64,000 nt of DNA from Emiliania huxleyi CCMP1516 (taxonomy: Eukaryota), in assembly GCF_000372725.1 (NCBI RefSeq), contig NW_005201287.1:465081-529080 (forward strand). Direction: 5' to 3'. Position numbers and translations under genes: made by a program. Below are positions 34,700-47,127 of the stretch, piece by piece (the stretch's first letter is position 1; the number at the start of each line of letters is the position of its first letter). Under the pieces are notes generated by a model. That model did no database searches. It had not been told where the DNA came from and saw only the letters and a program-made list of their open reading frames with translations.

Positions 34700-35760
34700 G
34701 CATCAAGTATACAGTAGGCGCCAGGACGCGTGTGAGCACGTCGACGTCGAGCTCGAGCTGCTTGAGGGCGGAGAGATACGCCTGGGAGGGCGGTGAGGTG
34801 GCGGGGCTGGGCTGGGCGCGAGGCGAGAGGAAGGGGGAATGGGGAGGGGGGGAGGGGAGGAGGAGAGGGGAGGGGGAGGGGAGGAGGGGAGGAGGGAGGG
34901 GAGAGGAGAGGCGGGCGGAGTGAGGAGTGAGGGATGGGTCGGGAGGAGTGAGGCAGGGGAGTCGAGGCGGGAGGCGGGAGGGAAGGCGGGCGGGGAGGCG
35001 GGAGGGGAGAGGTTCCGCTCACCAGCCTCTCTGCGAGCACCGCCTGCTCCAATCACCCTCTCGTGCGCGACCGCCGTCTCAAACTTCTCGCGCGCCTGCG
35101 CCTCCAGGAGGGCCGCTGCCTGCTGCAGCTGCGTCGAGTGCTCCGCGCTCAGCTGCTGCAGCTGCGCTGAGTGCGCCTCCGCCGCCGCCGCCTGCTCCTC
35201 GCGGAATCGCTCGACCAGCTGCGCCTCGATCGCAGCCTTGGCCTCCTCGACCGCCGCCGCGCTCGCCGCCTCCTGCCGTCGCATCAGCTCGACGAGCTTG
35301 GCGGCGTCCGCCTCCTCCTGGCACTGCAGCGCTTGCTGCAGCCGCGACGTCTCCGCGTCCCGCGACTGATGCGCCTTGAGCAGCTCCATCAGGTGCGTCA
35401 CCTTTCCCTCCAGCTCGGACGCCGCGGTGGGAGCCGGCGGCGCGCCGTCGCAGCGCGCCGGGGCCGACGGCGAGAGCCTGTGGAGGAGCCGGTGGAGCAG
35501 TCGAGACTGCTGACCACTCCTCCATGGTCCCCCGCCGGTGGACGCCGAGTGCAGTCATCGGTATGCGGGAGGCGTGCTCAAGGGCTGGCGGGGCGGACGC
35601 GACGACCTGGCGTTGCCGTCGCGGAGGGCTCGGGCTCGAGTGAGCGCCGCCGGCGACGCGTCGTTGCGGCCGTGGCCGCGCGGGCCACCTGCATCGACGG
35701 GCTGCTTAGGGGGGGGTGGGGGCGCCAATGAGACGCTTGCCCGTCGGCAATCCATCCCGT
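34700..35760 (-). CDS. Coiled-coil protein fragment, possibly mitofilin/MIC60-like; probably truncated
   Basis: Long heptad helix ending KFETAVAHER...SALKQLELDVDVLTRVLA; abuts repeats on both sides. Confidence 0.3.
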
Positions 35761-35865
35761 GTTGGCTTCAATTGTACGTACTTTTAGCTTACTCTCTCTC
35801 TCTTCTCAATTGTACGAACGTCTTGGCACCAGCTGATGGCTTGGGTCCCAGATCGCCCAGTTCGT

Positions 35866-36005
35866 GCACGGTATTCGGATTTTGCTATTTGTTCGTGTGG
35901 GGGTATGTTGCAGATTTGTCAATGGTACCGCGTCTGCGACGCGGGCGCCTTGCGGGCAGAGCCCTTAGCCACCCTTTTATCTTGCTTGCGCGGTCAAAAG
36001 AGAAA
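35866..36005 (+). repeat. Repeat family D, copy 2
   Basis: Matches 4053-4200. Confidence 0.8.
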
Positions 36006-36149
36006 GCAGAGGGGAGGAGTTGCCGCAACACGAGAAGGAACCCGCCGGCGAGGGGTCCGACCCCCCCCAGAGGCTTCACCACATGCTAGGGGGGGGGTGG
36101 GGCGTGAGTAGAAGTGTGCGCCCCCCTCCCGGGAAGCGATGTGCGCCTG

Positions 36150-37125
36150 CTCTTGTCACCGAGCACGAGCTTGCCGCAGGCTCGTGCACGGACCATGTTG
36201 GCCGCCGCATACATGGTGCCGTTGTGACGAATGTTGTGCTCGCACGGAATGTCCTTCGATCCGTTTGCAAGCTGGTCGCCCTTCCGCATACCGATGGTGA
36301 CTGTCTCACCAGCCGCCTCCTTGGCGTCGTACACGTACTTGGCGCTGGAAATGTAGTAGCCGTGGCGGCGCTGTAGCGCCGTGGCAAAAACCTCCGAGGT
36401 GATTTTGGAGGAGTGCCGGCCGTCGGGGGAGAGGTCGAGCCACGCTCCCGAGGCGAACTGAGAGACGGCGATGAAGCGTGTCGCCTCCCGATGTTTGACG
36501 CCGTCCGGGTCATCCATCTCAGCATCCAGCCGCTCGCAGGCGGCGAGGCAGCGAAGCCACCGCTCGTGCGACGCAATCTGAGCGAGCGTGCCCTGTTTAG
36601 GGACTGGAGAAGTGCTCTGCTCAGAGTAGAGGTCGGAGACGGGCGGCATCTTGCTAACGAGCGGGAGGCCGGACGGACGGTAGTACCCAAGGTTGTAGTT
36701 GATGTTGACCATCCCAAAGTCGACATTCATGCTTGGCACGGGCGCGGTAGACGCCCCAGAGCTTGATGCAGCGGTCGCGGATGGAATTGTAGTATTTGTT
36801 GAAGTAGACGAGCAGCGGCGGTTGCACGAGAGGCGGCGCGCCTGGTAGGCCCGCCTGTCACGTAGCGATGGCCAGACGGCGAGGAAGGCGGCGACGAAGC
36901 ACGCGTCGGCGACGTCGGCGTGCCCTCCGATGTTTGAGCCGCCTTTCGCCACCGAGAGCTGCACCTCCTCCCAGGCGCGGTCGAGCTCCTTTGTGGGCGT
37001 GCCGTTTGCCCTGGCGAGGATCTCGAAGCCGAAGGAGGTGCGCAGCCGCGGGAGCACCATCGTGTTGAGGACGGGCACGATGAATGACGTTGGGCAGGTG
37101 TGAATCCGCATCCAATAGCACGGGG
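36150..37125 (-). mobile_element. Non-LTR retrotransposon fragment (CRE-like, post-RT region), truncated
   Basis: WEEVQLSVAKGGSNIG...ACFVAAF, SGAWLDLSP...FATALQRRHG and IRHNG motifs; no RT catalytic core visible. Confidence 0.6.
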
Positions 37126-37298
37126 AACGGGGTGCCGTTGCGCGAGCGCAGTAGCTTGTAGAAGAGCTGCGAGACGTCCTGGTCTTTGTCGGTGTCACGC
37201 AGTTCACAGCCTTGTTATTGAGAAGAAAGTACCTCGTATATGGCGCTGTGCGCTGTTCACACCTGCCCAACCATTCAGCACAGGTGCACACCCAGCAC

Positions 37299-38698
37299 AT
37301 GGACGACGCTACGACCGCGGCCCTGCGTGCGCGTCGACCAGTATGCTGGGAGAATCCAGCGTGCGACGAAGACGGAGGCTGTGGCGTGCTCTCTCGCGCA
37401 GACCTCGACGCGAGCGTGCGGATGTGGGCGTGGCTCCGACCCCTCTTCGTCCTGCTCTTCCCAGAAGAGGTCACCAACCCACCGTGGGGCGAGCCCGGCA
37501 CCGTCTCCTCTCCCCTCCGCCGCATCGACGCCATGGGGCGAGCGCTGGGCCTCCGTCCTGGCCGCTGCCTGCTCAAGGCGGACTCGAACCTCGCCGTCTG
37601 TGGGTCCGTCAAGGCTCGCGGCGGCATGTTTGAGGTGTTTAATGTGGCTGCGCACCTCGCAAAGGCCTTTTTCGGCGGTTTGGAGGTGCGCGAGTCCGAG
37701 CTCCAGTCGGTCTTTGACCCTCGCGGCGCCGGCTTCTCCTCGGCCGCCCTCGCCGAGGACCCAAAGCTCCGTGCGCACCTGGCAGAGCGAGAGATCGTCG
37801 TCGGCTCTACGGGCAACCTCGGCCTGAGCGTGGGGCTCGGCGCCGCCGCCCTTGGCATGCGCGCGGTCGTGCACATGTCGACCGACGCAAAGGCGTGGAC
37901 GGAGAGCTAGGCTCTCCTCTACGAGCTGACTTCAGTGAGTCAGTCCATCAGTAGGCGTGGAAGAAGAGCCTGCTCCGCTCGCGCGGCGTCGTCGTCGTGG
38001 AGCACGCGGGGCTGTACGACGAGGCCGTGGCGGCCGGGCGGGCGGAGTCCGCCTCCAACCCGGCCTCACACTTTGTGGACGACGAGTCGAGCCGCGTCCT
38101 CTTTTTGGGCTACAGCGCCGCCGCCTTCGAGCTGCGCGCGCAGCTCGCCGAGCTCAACGTCGAGGTCAGCCCGGAGCGGCCCCTGGTCGTGCACATCCCC
38201 TGCGGCGTTGGCGGCGCGCCGGGCGGCCTCTGCTGGGGGATGCACCTCGCCTTTGGCGCCGCACAGCCCGTCCGCGTGTTCTTTGCCGAGCCAGTCGCCG
38301 CGCCGTGCGTCACGCTCGCCCTCTGCACGGGCAAGGGAGCGGCCGTCTGCGTAGCGGACATTGGCCTCGACGGCAAGACAGAGGCGGACGGCCTGGCCGT
38401 CGGGCGGGCATCTGCGCTGTGCTTCGAGACTTGCGCGCCTCTGGTCGAGGGGAGCTACACCATCGAGGATTGCACGCTGTTCGAGCACTTGGGCGCGCTC
38501 GTGGAGCTCGAGCGCAGCTTCATCGAGCCGTCGTGCTGCGCGTGCTTCGCCGGGCCTGGCCACCTCGCGGCGGGGTCGCAGCGGGCGCGCTGGCTCCTCG
38601 CGGAGGGGACCCACGTCTTTTGGGCAACGGGCGGCTCGCTGGTCCCGGAGGCTGAGCGAGAGGCACTCGTCGCTCGCACACCCATGGGACGGCAATAG
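37299..38698 (+). CDS. dsdA: D-serine dehydratase (ammonia-lyase), PLP fold type II; exons 37299-37892 and 37955-38698
   Basis: LLKADSNLAVCGSVKARGG, GSTGNLGLSVG, VHMSTDAK|AWKK, HFVDDE..LFLGYS, PCGVGGAPGG, ADGLAVGRAS and WATGGSLVP; a 62-bp GC-AG intron restores the frame. Confidence 0.93.
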
Positions 38699-38798
38699 CC
38701 AGTTCACTGAACTCTCTGCAACCCCGTCGACTAAAGTAGGGCCTAGCGCGTAGGCTGTCTGTCTCCGCTCTCTCGTTGTAACTTTTATGCGCTGACCC

Positions 38799-39168
38799 TA
38801 GAGCTGTCAAACGTTAACTTTGGGCCTAACAGTTGCACTATTGTTGGCTGAAATCCTCAACGTTGTTCAAGTGTTCTCCCCAGCCCAAGCTGTTACTGTT
38901 TGTTACTGTTGTTACTGTTGTTCAGTGGTCAGCAAGCAGAAAATGCCAAAAAACCCGGGTAAAACCCGAAAATACCTGGGGTTTTCCAGGTATTTTCGGG
39001 TATTACCCGCACTGGACGCTGGAGATCGTCGTGGGTCACTGCCAGGCCTTCCTTATTGTTGTTCAGCTGGCCTAACGTTAGCTACTGTTGTTGGGGAGCC
39101 CCACTGTTGTTCTGTTGTTACTGTTAACACTAGCAACACTGTTCAGCTCTTAACGTTTGACTGCTCTA
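38799..39168. mobile_element. 370-bp hAT-type MITE
   Basis: TSD gctgaccc at 38791-38798 and 39169-39176; TIRs tagagctgtcaaacgttaa and ttaacgtttgactgctcta (18/19); ACTGTT subterminal repeats. Confidence 0.92.
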
Positions 39169-39407
39169 GCTGACCCGTGACCGCTGAAAATACTAGTACG
39201 CTACAGTACGGGGTGTGGCGTGTGGACCCTGAGTTGCATACAGTTACAGAGGCTGGGCGTGGGGGGTTGTGCGCCTTCCAGCCCCCCCCCCCCCCCCCCC
39301 CGCGCGTCGGGTAGTAAAAAAACGCGCATTCCGGCCAAAACTTTTGCCCTTGGAGCACTTGGAGTTGGAGTGCAGTCATTGCCGCGAGTTGTATTTTGCG
39401 GCCCCTC

Positions 39408-41221
39408 ATGGCTGCCTCCGATGAGTTCGGGTGCCTACTCGAAGACAAAGACGACTTGCACTCTCGGCGGCTGAGCGGAGCCCTCAGTGTTGCGCACGAA
39501 GCATTCATCGCCATCGACGGCTGGGCTCTCCGGGGCAACATGGAGGTGCTGCCATGGGTGCATCGAGGCCCCAGCTGTCCATGCGAGCAGGACGTCACTG
39601 CTGGCGGCGAGGCAAAGGCCTGGAGCGAGACGCCGCATCTTTTTGCTGCAGCTCGCCGGCGTGCGCTTGCCAGCTACGACACCGACGCGGTTGGCCTGTT
39701 CGCTGCTCTTGCCAATGCACAGGAAGAGTACGCGGCAGCGCTGCGGGAGCTGGGCAGCCGGTTTGTTAGGGAGAGAGCCGAGCTTGAAGAGGACGATGGC
39801 TACCTCGCAAGTTGGGCGAACGCGTTGCGTGCCGGGCCGACGTTTGCTCGTTCGGCGCAATACATGACGACCAACCAAGGTCTTCCACGCGTCTAGCTAT
39901 GAACAAACAGGGGCACTCACAAACCATGCGTGCATACACCGCAGGACACGCTCGCCACCGTTCACCGTAGGCTGGACGATGCTGCAGCGCATCGTCGAGG
40001 GGTCTGTCAAACCTAGATTTGCCGCTGTGTTGCCGTTGCCAGTCCCGCGCTGCCTAGACATGCACATTCACCACCGCCCCTCCGCCATTAGGCTAGCAAA
40101 GACGCACGCGGAATCGGCGAGGCAGATCCACGTCAGCGTTATCGGCCCGCTGCAGTCGGCGATCCGAGGCGCCAGAGTGACGAGCCAGCGGGCGCTGGCA
40201 GAGGTGGACGCGGCGACCGACCGCGTCCTCGAAGCGCGTTGCGCGGCAGCAGCGGCGGCAGAGGTGTACGGCAGGGAGCTGTTTATGTGGCGACGACAGC
40301 CTCTCCCTACTGCGAGCGCTGACCTCGCCAAGCACGCAACTGCAACCGCTCTCCGGGTCGCCGCTTGTGAGTGCGCCGCGGCGCTTCGGGAGGCAAACGC
40401 AGCGACTGATGCGATGAACAAGAAGAGGGTCCCGGCGCTGCTCGCCGAGCTCGAGTCTTCCGAGGCGCGACAGGTCGAGACTAACAAGCCAGATTACAGT
40501 GAAGGAATCCAGACGCGGCTCTTGGGCACACAGGCGCGGCGGCTGCGTGCCGTCCAGGCCGCCTTCGCCGCCTTTGCAGCTCCTCCATGCTCCGCCTGCC
40601 TCCCGCCTAGCGACGCAGAGGCGCTAGCCCAGGCGAGTCGCAGCATGTCTGTGCGGCGTGATCTCGCCGCCTTTGCCGCCTCGCATGCTCCAGAGGCGGA
40701 AGGGGCGACGCAGGAGAGCGGGAGGCTCGACGCGCCACGCTTCTGCGCCGAACTGGCCGCGCTTGGCCTCCCTTCGGCGCTCGAGGCGGCGGCAGAAGCA
40801 CCCGCGGAGACGAGCGTGGCTGCGGTCTTGGGGCAGCGCTCCGCCCGTGCCATGAAGAGCACCCGTTCACCTCCCGTCTATGGATAGGCGCCCGCTGCAT
40901 CGTGGAGCTTCACCGCGTCCCTACCCAGCGCCCTAGCCGCATCGCTGCCGCTCGGGATCGCCTCGAAACTCCTGTCGGGGGCGCAGCAGCTCGAGTCGGC
41001 CTCGTTCGCCCTCCTCTCGCCCCCCAGCGATTCCGGGGCACCGCTACTGACCCGGCCGTGGGCTGCGTTGGGGCCGGCAACGGCGGGGGCGGTGAAAGGT
41101 GCAGACGACAGCCCGGGCCGTGAAGTACACGAGCTCGGGCCGCCGCCGCTCTCCCCCCCGCCGCGGCCGCCCGCGACGGTGTACCGCGCGAGGTTCTCCC
41201 ATTGCGTCTCGCGGACGTCGA

Positions 41222-41256
<35 letters not shown>

Positions 41257-41298
41257 ACTTTTTCACCACCGGATGCGGGCAGCCGTGCATGTGTGTGA
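39408..41298 (+). CDS. Helical protein, F-BAR-like, multi-exon (boundaries approximate)
   Basis: ANAQEEYAAALRELG, AKTHAESARQIHVSVIGPL, VPALLAELESSEARRL and SMSVRRDLAAFA follow F-BAR helix patterns; low-complexity tail. Confidence 0.4.
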
Positions 41299-41494
41299 GC
41301 GCATGCATGTTCTGAGTTCAAGAACAGCCGGGCTCGGAATGGACACCGGCGCGGAGCGGGGACCCCGAAGTGAGGTTGTTAAGCGGAAATTGTTTTCGCG
41401 GCTCCCGTGGTGACTACCTGTGTTAGTGCCAGTGCGCGCTGCAGTCCCGTGCCCAGTGTCGTGCGAGGGAGTTTGCTTGTACTCGTCGCCCTGA

Positions 41495-42870
41495 ATGGTT
41501 GCCCAGGTTGTGGAGGACACGAAGCTAGGATCCCGGCGTGAACACGACTAACTGACGGATCCGCTCCTGACAGTGGCACGCGCCGCCTCTGTGGCGCGTG
41601 CGACTGTCTTTGTTTGAAGTTAAAAGTCGAATCAGAGCGGTGTGTCGGCGTTGTCCTCCATTTTCCTCCCCTGGGCCCCGTCCGGGACCGCTCCGGGACT
41701 TGGGGCAAACGTAGATTTCCTGCCCAGCGTAAGGATATTTCTGTCATTTATTTCGTCTTTATTTCGTGCCCCACCACGGCAAATTTGCGAGAAATTTCTT
41801 CGCCCTCAAGTTTCGCCCCTTTCCGTTTCGCCCATGTTGGACACCCATGTTGGACCAGGCACCGTGCGGGCCTGCCGTGCCTTGCTTGAGCCGGCAGGCC
41901 CGCGCGGCAGTGATGGTGCGCCTCCGCGGAGAGGCTGACGCTGGTCATCGGTCAGCGGTCAGCGGTCATCGGTCACCGGTCAAGCAGGTCATCGGGCGTC
42001 AGTGTCATTCAGGCGTCAGTGTCATTCGCGTCAACCTTGCCACCAAAACCCACGCCAATCTCAACCTTCGAAAGCAATGAGCGACGACGACATGGACACG
42101 GAGTACCTCGCCACCCTGCAAGGTGCCGCTGCCGGCGATTCCGCACCGCAGGAGGAGACAACCATCCAGTCTGCGCCTGCCTCGCCAGTGCGAACCGAGG
42201 AAGCGCTGGAAGGCATCAAAGTCAACGACAAGATCCAGCACAAGGTGCTCAAGTTCCAAGGGCGCGTCGTGCAGCTCGGCTTCGCGGCGGAGCGTGTGTT
42301 CTCCATGCTCAAGTCAATGTTCGGCGACCAACAAATGGAGACCTTGGCAGATATCATCCAGACGGCCTTAATGCTCCGCATCAACGAGCGCCGCGTGGGC
42401 TGAGTGAGCACAGTATGATTGGGAACAGTACTCGTATATGAATAGTAGGATCTTGTCACGGGTATGGTAAATTTCCGGAAATTTCTCCTTCCGAACAAGC
42501 CTGTCATATTTCTCAAAATATTTCGGGAAATCTACGTCTGCCCCAATCCGGGACGCACGCCGGCGAAGCACCATCAAGCTGCTGTACGGCCCCGGCATCG
42601 CCTCCCCTGGCTTAGCCAGAGTGAGAGATATTATGCACACGGTCTGTCTCTAATACTCATCGACACTCCACCTCCCAGAGCTCGTCCCGGTCCGCCACGG
42701 CCATCCTTGGCCTCCGGAGGGCCCCCGGCCGCGGCGCGGTGCGGCGGCGTCACAAATCCGACCACAGAGCACCGGGACGTGGTCGGGCGATCTGAGGTCC
42801 AACTAGGCGTATGCATTGCCTATCCAGGGCTATCACCTGGACCCATCAACAGGCGCCTGCGGCGCCGTGG
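41495..42870 (+). repeat. Repeat family C, copy 2, split by a hAT-type insertion
   Basis: 41495-41699 and 42547-42870 rejoin to match 28625-29135. Confidence 0.9.
41700..42546 (+). mobile_element. 847-bp internally deleted hAT element
   Basis: TSD tccgggac at 41692-41699 and 42547-42554; 21-bp TIR ttggggca(a/g)acgtagatttcc; ORF 42077-42403 ends AAERVFSMLKSMFGDQQ (hAT C-terminal dimerisation motif). Confidence 0.92.
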
Positions 42871-43098
42871 ATCTCTGCAACAAACTCTGCATGTGCATGT
42901 GCAGGCGGTAAAATTCTTTAAAGCGGGCCGAGAGACTGGAGCGCGAGAACGAAGAGAGACATGCTGTCTGAGGCCGTACGGCGTTTTTTTTCGAAAAAGA
43001 TATCACGTCGAAAAAGATATCACGCACCCAGTTCTCGCGTCGCGCTTGCCGCCGCGCCGCCCGGGGCCGTAAGTGCCGGGCCTGATCTGGAGCTCTTC

Positions 43099-43788
43099 AT
43101 GTTCCTACGGCTGATGTCGAGCGTCGTCGCCGCACCAGCGGAATCGCCGAGCCTCAAGCTGCTCGCGCTTCACGGCTACTCGCAGAATGGTGCCGTCTTT
43201 CGCGATCGCTCTGGCGGATTTCGGAAGCCGTTGAAGAAGCTGGGCGCGGAGCTGCTGTACGTGGACGGCCCATTCGGGTGCACCGCACAGGGTGAGGATG
43301 AGGTAGAGGCAGACGCGGACTTGGAGAAGCGGGCTTGGTGGCGCGGAGGATCTCGTCAGGAGACATACGTCGGCTGGCGTGAGTCGCGTGCGGCGCTCTG
43401 CTCCACGTGGCAGCGCGAACGGTGCGACGGAGTCCTTGGCTTTTCGCAAGGCGCAGCAGCTGCAGCGATGCTGTGCGCCGACCTCGAGCCGATGCCAAAG
43501 TTCGCCATCATCGTCTCTGGATTCGTGCCGAGAGACCGTGATGTAGCCTCATCCCTGCTCAAGGGCGGGCTGCCTGTCCCGTCCTTCCACCTCTTTGGCA
43601 GCACCGACACACTCGTTGAGCCCGATCGGTCACGGGCCTTGGCAGCGCTCTTCGAGAGCCCGACTGTCGTGGAGCACACTGGAGGCCACATGGTGCCCTC
43701 CTCTGCCCCAGTCCGGGAGCAGCTCGGCGCCTTTCTGCAATCGCTGGGCCTGGCACGCCCCGCGCGGACAGACACAGATTATCGGTGA
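43099..43788 (+). CDS. OVCA2: FSH1/OVCA2-family serine hydrolase
   Basis: LLALHGYSQNG, DGVLGFSQGA, HLFGSTD and HTGGHMVP (Ser-Asp-His triad). Confidence 0.92.
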   Translation: MFLRLMSSVVAAPAESPSLKLLALHGYSQNGAVFRDRSGGFRKPLKKLGAELLYVDGPFGCTAQGEDEVEADADLEKRAWWRGGSRQETYVGWRESRAALCSTWQRERCDGVLGFSQGAAAAAMLCADLEPMPKFAIIVSGFVPRDRDVASSLLKGGLPVPSFHLFGSTDTLVEPDRSRALAALFESPTVVEHTGGHMVPSSAPVREQLGAFLQSLGLARPARTDTDYR

Positions 43789-44749
43789 CATCGGAGAGAG
43801 GAGAGGTTGACCGACTTGCCGGAGCGGTTCTAGGTGGACGGAGAGGTCCGTATGGGGTATGGCGTTGGCGTGGTACACGACTAAGGTCACGAGGGAAATT
43901 TCGCGCGACGGGTGTGTGTGTACGACGATTTCATTCTCTTACTATCATTTCGTGCTGGTTTTTTGTCTCAGAGTGAGAGAGACCGACGCGTGACGGCGTG
44001 AGAGCAACGGCCAACGCGCCCCCGTGAAGCCCCCCGTCGACGCGCTGTCGAGCAGCCTCGTCCCCTCGCAAACCGCACTCTCACACACGCGCACACAAGG
44101 TGACGCGCAACTACAGCACCACCTGGCACGCGCACACCATACAGCGACAGCTATCTAACGTTAGGCACCTGAGCACACTCACACCCACCCGTCGCACGCA
44201 CGCGCCCCACTGTGTAATGGCGCGCCGGCCGTACAACACAGTACCGTCTGACTCCACGCCTGCTGCGCTCGCCCCGCGTGCTCTCTTTTGAGCCCCCTCC
44301 CCTCTTCCTCACCGTACCGCATCCCCCCCCCCCCCCCCCTCCCCCCCGCCCCCGGGGTAGGCACGAGAGGCACGAGAGGCACGAGAGGCACGAGAGCGCG
44401 CCTCCCGTGCCACGCAAGTGCCTCCCTTCCCGCCGCCTCTCTCCCCGAGCACCGACCGCCGGCGCCAGCCCCCCGGCCGCCCGCAGCTGCTCAGAGCGAG
44501 GTCTCGGCCTCTGTCGAGGCGGGACGAGGAAGGGTACGTACAGCCCCCCCCCCCCCCCAGGAGGGGAGGGGAGGGGGGGGAGGGGCTGCTGGAGAAGGGC
44601 CTCTCCGCCTCCGTCCCTCACTTGTCCCTCAATTGGCCCTCACTTGGCCCTCACTTGTCCCTCACTTGTCCCTCACTTGTCCCTCACTTGTCCCTCATTT
44701 GTCCCTCACTTGTCCCTCACTTGTCCCTCACTTGTCCCTCACTTGTCCC

Positions 44750-47127
44750 TCACTTGTCCGACACTTGTCCGTCCGCGTGCAGCCACTCGAGCCCGAGGCC
44801 GAGGAAGAAGCCCTCGCGCCTCGCCTAGGTGTAGTGGGGGGGGGGAGGGGGAGGGGGGGAGAGGGAGGGGGGGGGGTCGCTCCAAGGATAGCGAGGAGGG
44901 AGGCGCGCTCGATCTCGGTGGTATCTCGGTGGTGATCTCGGTGGTGATCTCGGTGGTGATCTCGGTGGTGATCTCGGTGGTGATCTCGGTGGTGATCTCG
45001 GTGGTGATCTCGGTGGTGATCTCGGTGGTGATCTCGGTGGTGATCTCGGGGGAGATCTCGGTGGTGATCTCGGGGTGATCTCGGGGGAGATCTCGCCTTG
45101 TCGAGGACGGCATCCGAGTAGCGAGGCCTGGGGCCAGCGCCGCGCCATCCCTCGTCGGGCCGCGCCGCGAGCGACTCGTTGGTCTGCAGAGAGGGACCCG
45201 AGGTGAGCCGAGAGGCGGCCGAGAGGAGCCGAGAGGAGCCGAGAGGAGCCGAGAGGAGCCGAGAGGAGCCGAGAGGGGCCGAGAGGGGCCGAGATTGCCC
45301 GAGATTGCCCGAGATTGCCCAGATGGGGAGGCTCGTGTACGTCTGGAGCAGCCAGGCCACACGAGCTCTTCGGAGGAGGTGACCTCGCGCCATCTCGGCC
45401 GATCTCGGCCAATCTCCGCAAGCCGCCTGCAGCAGCCACGCCACCAGCTCGGCCGAGGAGGAGATGTCTCGCCGCTGCAGCAGCGCCGCCTTGTGCAGCT
45501 CGTTGCGCAGCGCGTCCACATTCAGGTGCGGCGCGCGGCACGACGTCGACGGCTTGAACATGGCGGGGAACTGCGCGCGCAGCGACTCTGCCGCCTGCGT
45601 CAACCGCTTGCTGGTGCTCATCAATGACCAGGCGCTGACTAGGAATGACCAGGCGCTGACTAGGCGCATGGTTCCGCCTGCGTGATGATTGCGGCCTCCT
45701 CCTCGCCCGCACCGCCCTGGTCCTGCGGCGGGGAGGACCAACGCGATGAACAGCTGTAGGTGGTGCTCGCTGGGGGGGCGACGAGGACGAGATATGGGGA
45801 GGTGTGGGGAGGTGTGGGGAGGTGTGGGGAGGTGTGGGGAGGTGTGGGGAGATTTGGGAAGGTGTGGGCAGATTTGGGAAGATTGGAGGACGGGCCTGCG
45901 GCAGGTCGACCAGCGTGACCGGCTCCACCTTGTTGATCTCGGTGAAGAGCTCGCGCACCTGTCCACAACCGCAGCTGTGAAGAGACGCCGTTCACACCCT
46001 CGAGCCGGACGCGGGGTCGCGCACCTCTCTCTCGCCCATCGGCTGGTACACCTGCCGAGATTGCGCGAGATGAGCCGAGATTGCGCGAGATCTCGCCGAG
46101 ATGGCAGGCGAGATCTCGCCCAGAGGCCGGCACGCACGCGTTCGGCCTCGTGACTCGGACGTGGCTCGGAAGTGGCTCGGACGTGGCTCGGAAGTGGCTC
46201 GGAAGTGGCTCGGAAGTGTCTAGGCTCGGAAGTGTCTAGTGTCGCCTCCACCAGCACCCTCGCGAGGTCGGGGCGCAGCTTGCCCTTGGAGGAGAGCACG
46301 TGCGCCGCGCCCAGCCGGTGCTGCCCGTCCACAACCATCCCGATCGACCCGCACCCGCCGCCGTCCGCCCCGCCGCCCGCCCCGCCGCCCCCGCCGCCCC
46401 CCCCGCTCTCCACCACGCAGATCGAGCCGGGCCAGCCAGCCACGCTCGAGCGCTGCTTTGCCTTTGCGATGAGCTCGGCTCGCTCTGCACGGAAGGCGCG
46501 CTGCTTGTGCCACGTGCTCGTGCCGGCCCAGAGGGTGGTTGGCGAAGCAGAGTACAGCCGCTTGTGCCCGTCGTCTCGCAGCAGCTCCCCAAACACCGGG
46601 TGGGCGCCGCTCGCGGCATCGCCTCCAAGCGCGGCGTTCGCGTCGGCGACGATCTGCGCGGCCACCAGCGCGGCCTCCTCCTGGGCGGCGGCCATCTGTT
46701 GCTGCTCCTGGGTGGCGGCACGGCCCAGCTTTTTCGCCACCGACCGCTGCTCCAGCTCGCCGTACTTGAGCCGTCCCACCATCGCCTCGAGCTCCGCCTT
46801 TGACGCCTCGACCTCCGCCTGCAGCTCCGCCACGCGGCGCGACTCGCCCTCCGCCTGATCGCGCATGCCCCGCAGCTGTGCCGACACGCTCGGAAGCTGC
46901 TGCGCCTCACGCCGCGCGGCGCGCAGCTCCTCGGCCGTCCGCGACAGCTCGAGCTGCACGTCGGCCGTCTTGTCCTTGTGCTGCCGGAGCTCGAGCGCCT
47001 CACGCGTGACGGCGCTCAGCGCGCTCTCCTTGCCCTTGAGCGCCGTGCTCAATTTCTGCATCTCGACCGTGAGGCGCTTCACCTGGCCCTGGGCTTGCTC
47101 GAGCTCGGCGGAAGCGGCCACGCCCAT
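44750..47127 (-). CDS. Coiled-coil + DGQHR (ParB/DndB-like) domain protein, multi-exon
   Basis: Long heptad N-terminus; WHKQRAFRAERA, WPGSICVVE, VVDGQHRLGA, ELFTEINKVEPV and FKPSTSCRAPHLNVD. Confidence 0.7.

Noticed and set aside
35768..35817. 11-bp direct repeat tcaattgtacg around a short (TC)n tract
   Set aside because: Too short to distinguish a truncated insertion from slippage
36086..37876. 596-aa ORF taken as one gene
   Set aside because: Chance join of dsdA antisense sequence and the LINE fragment
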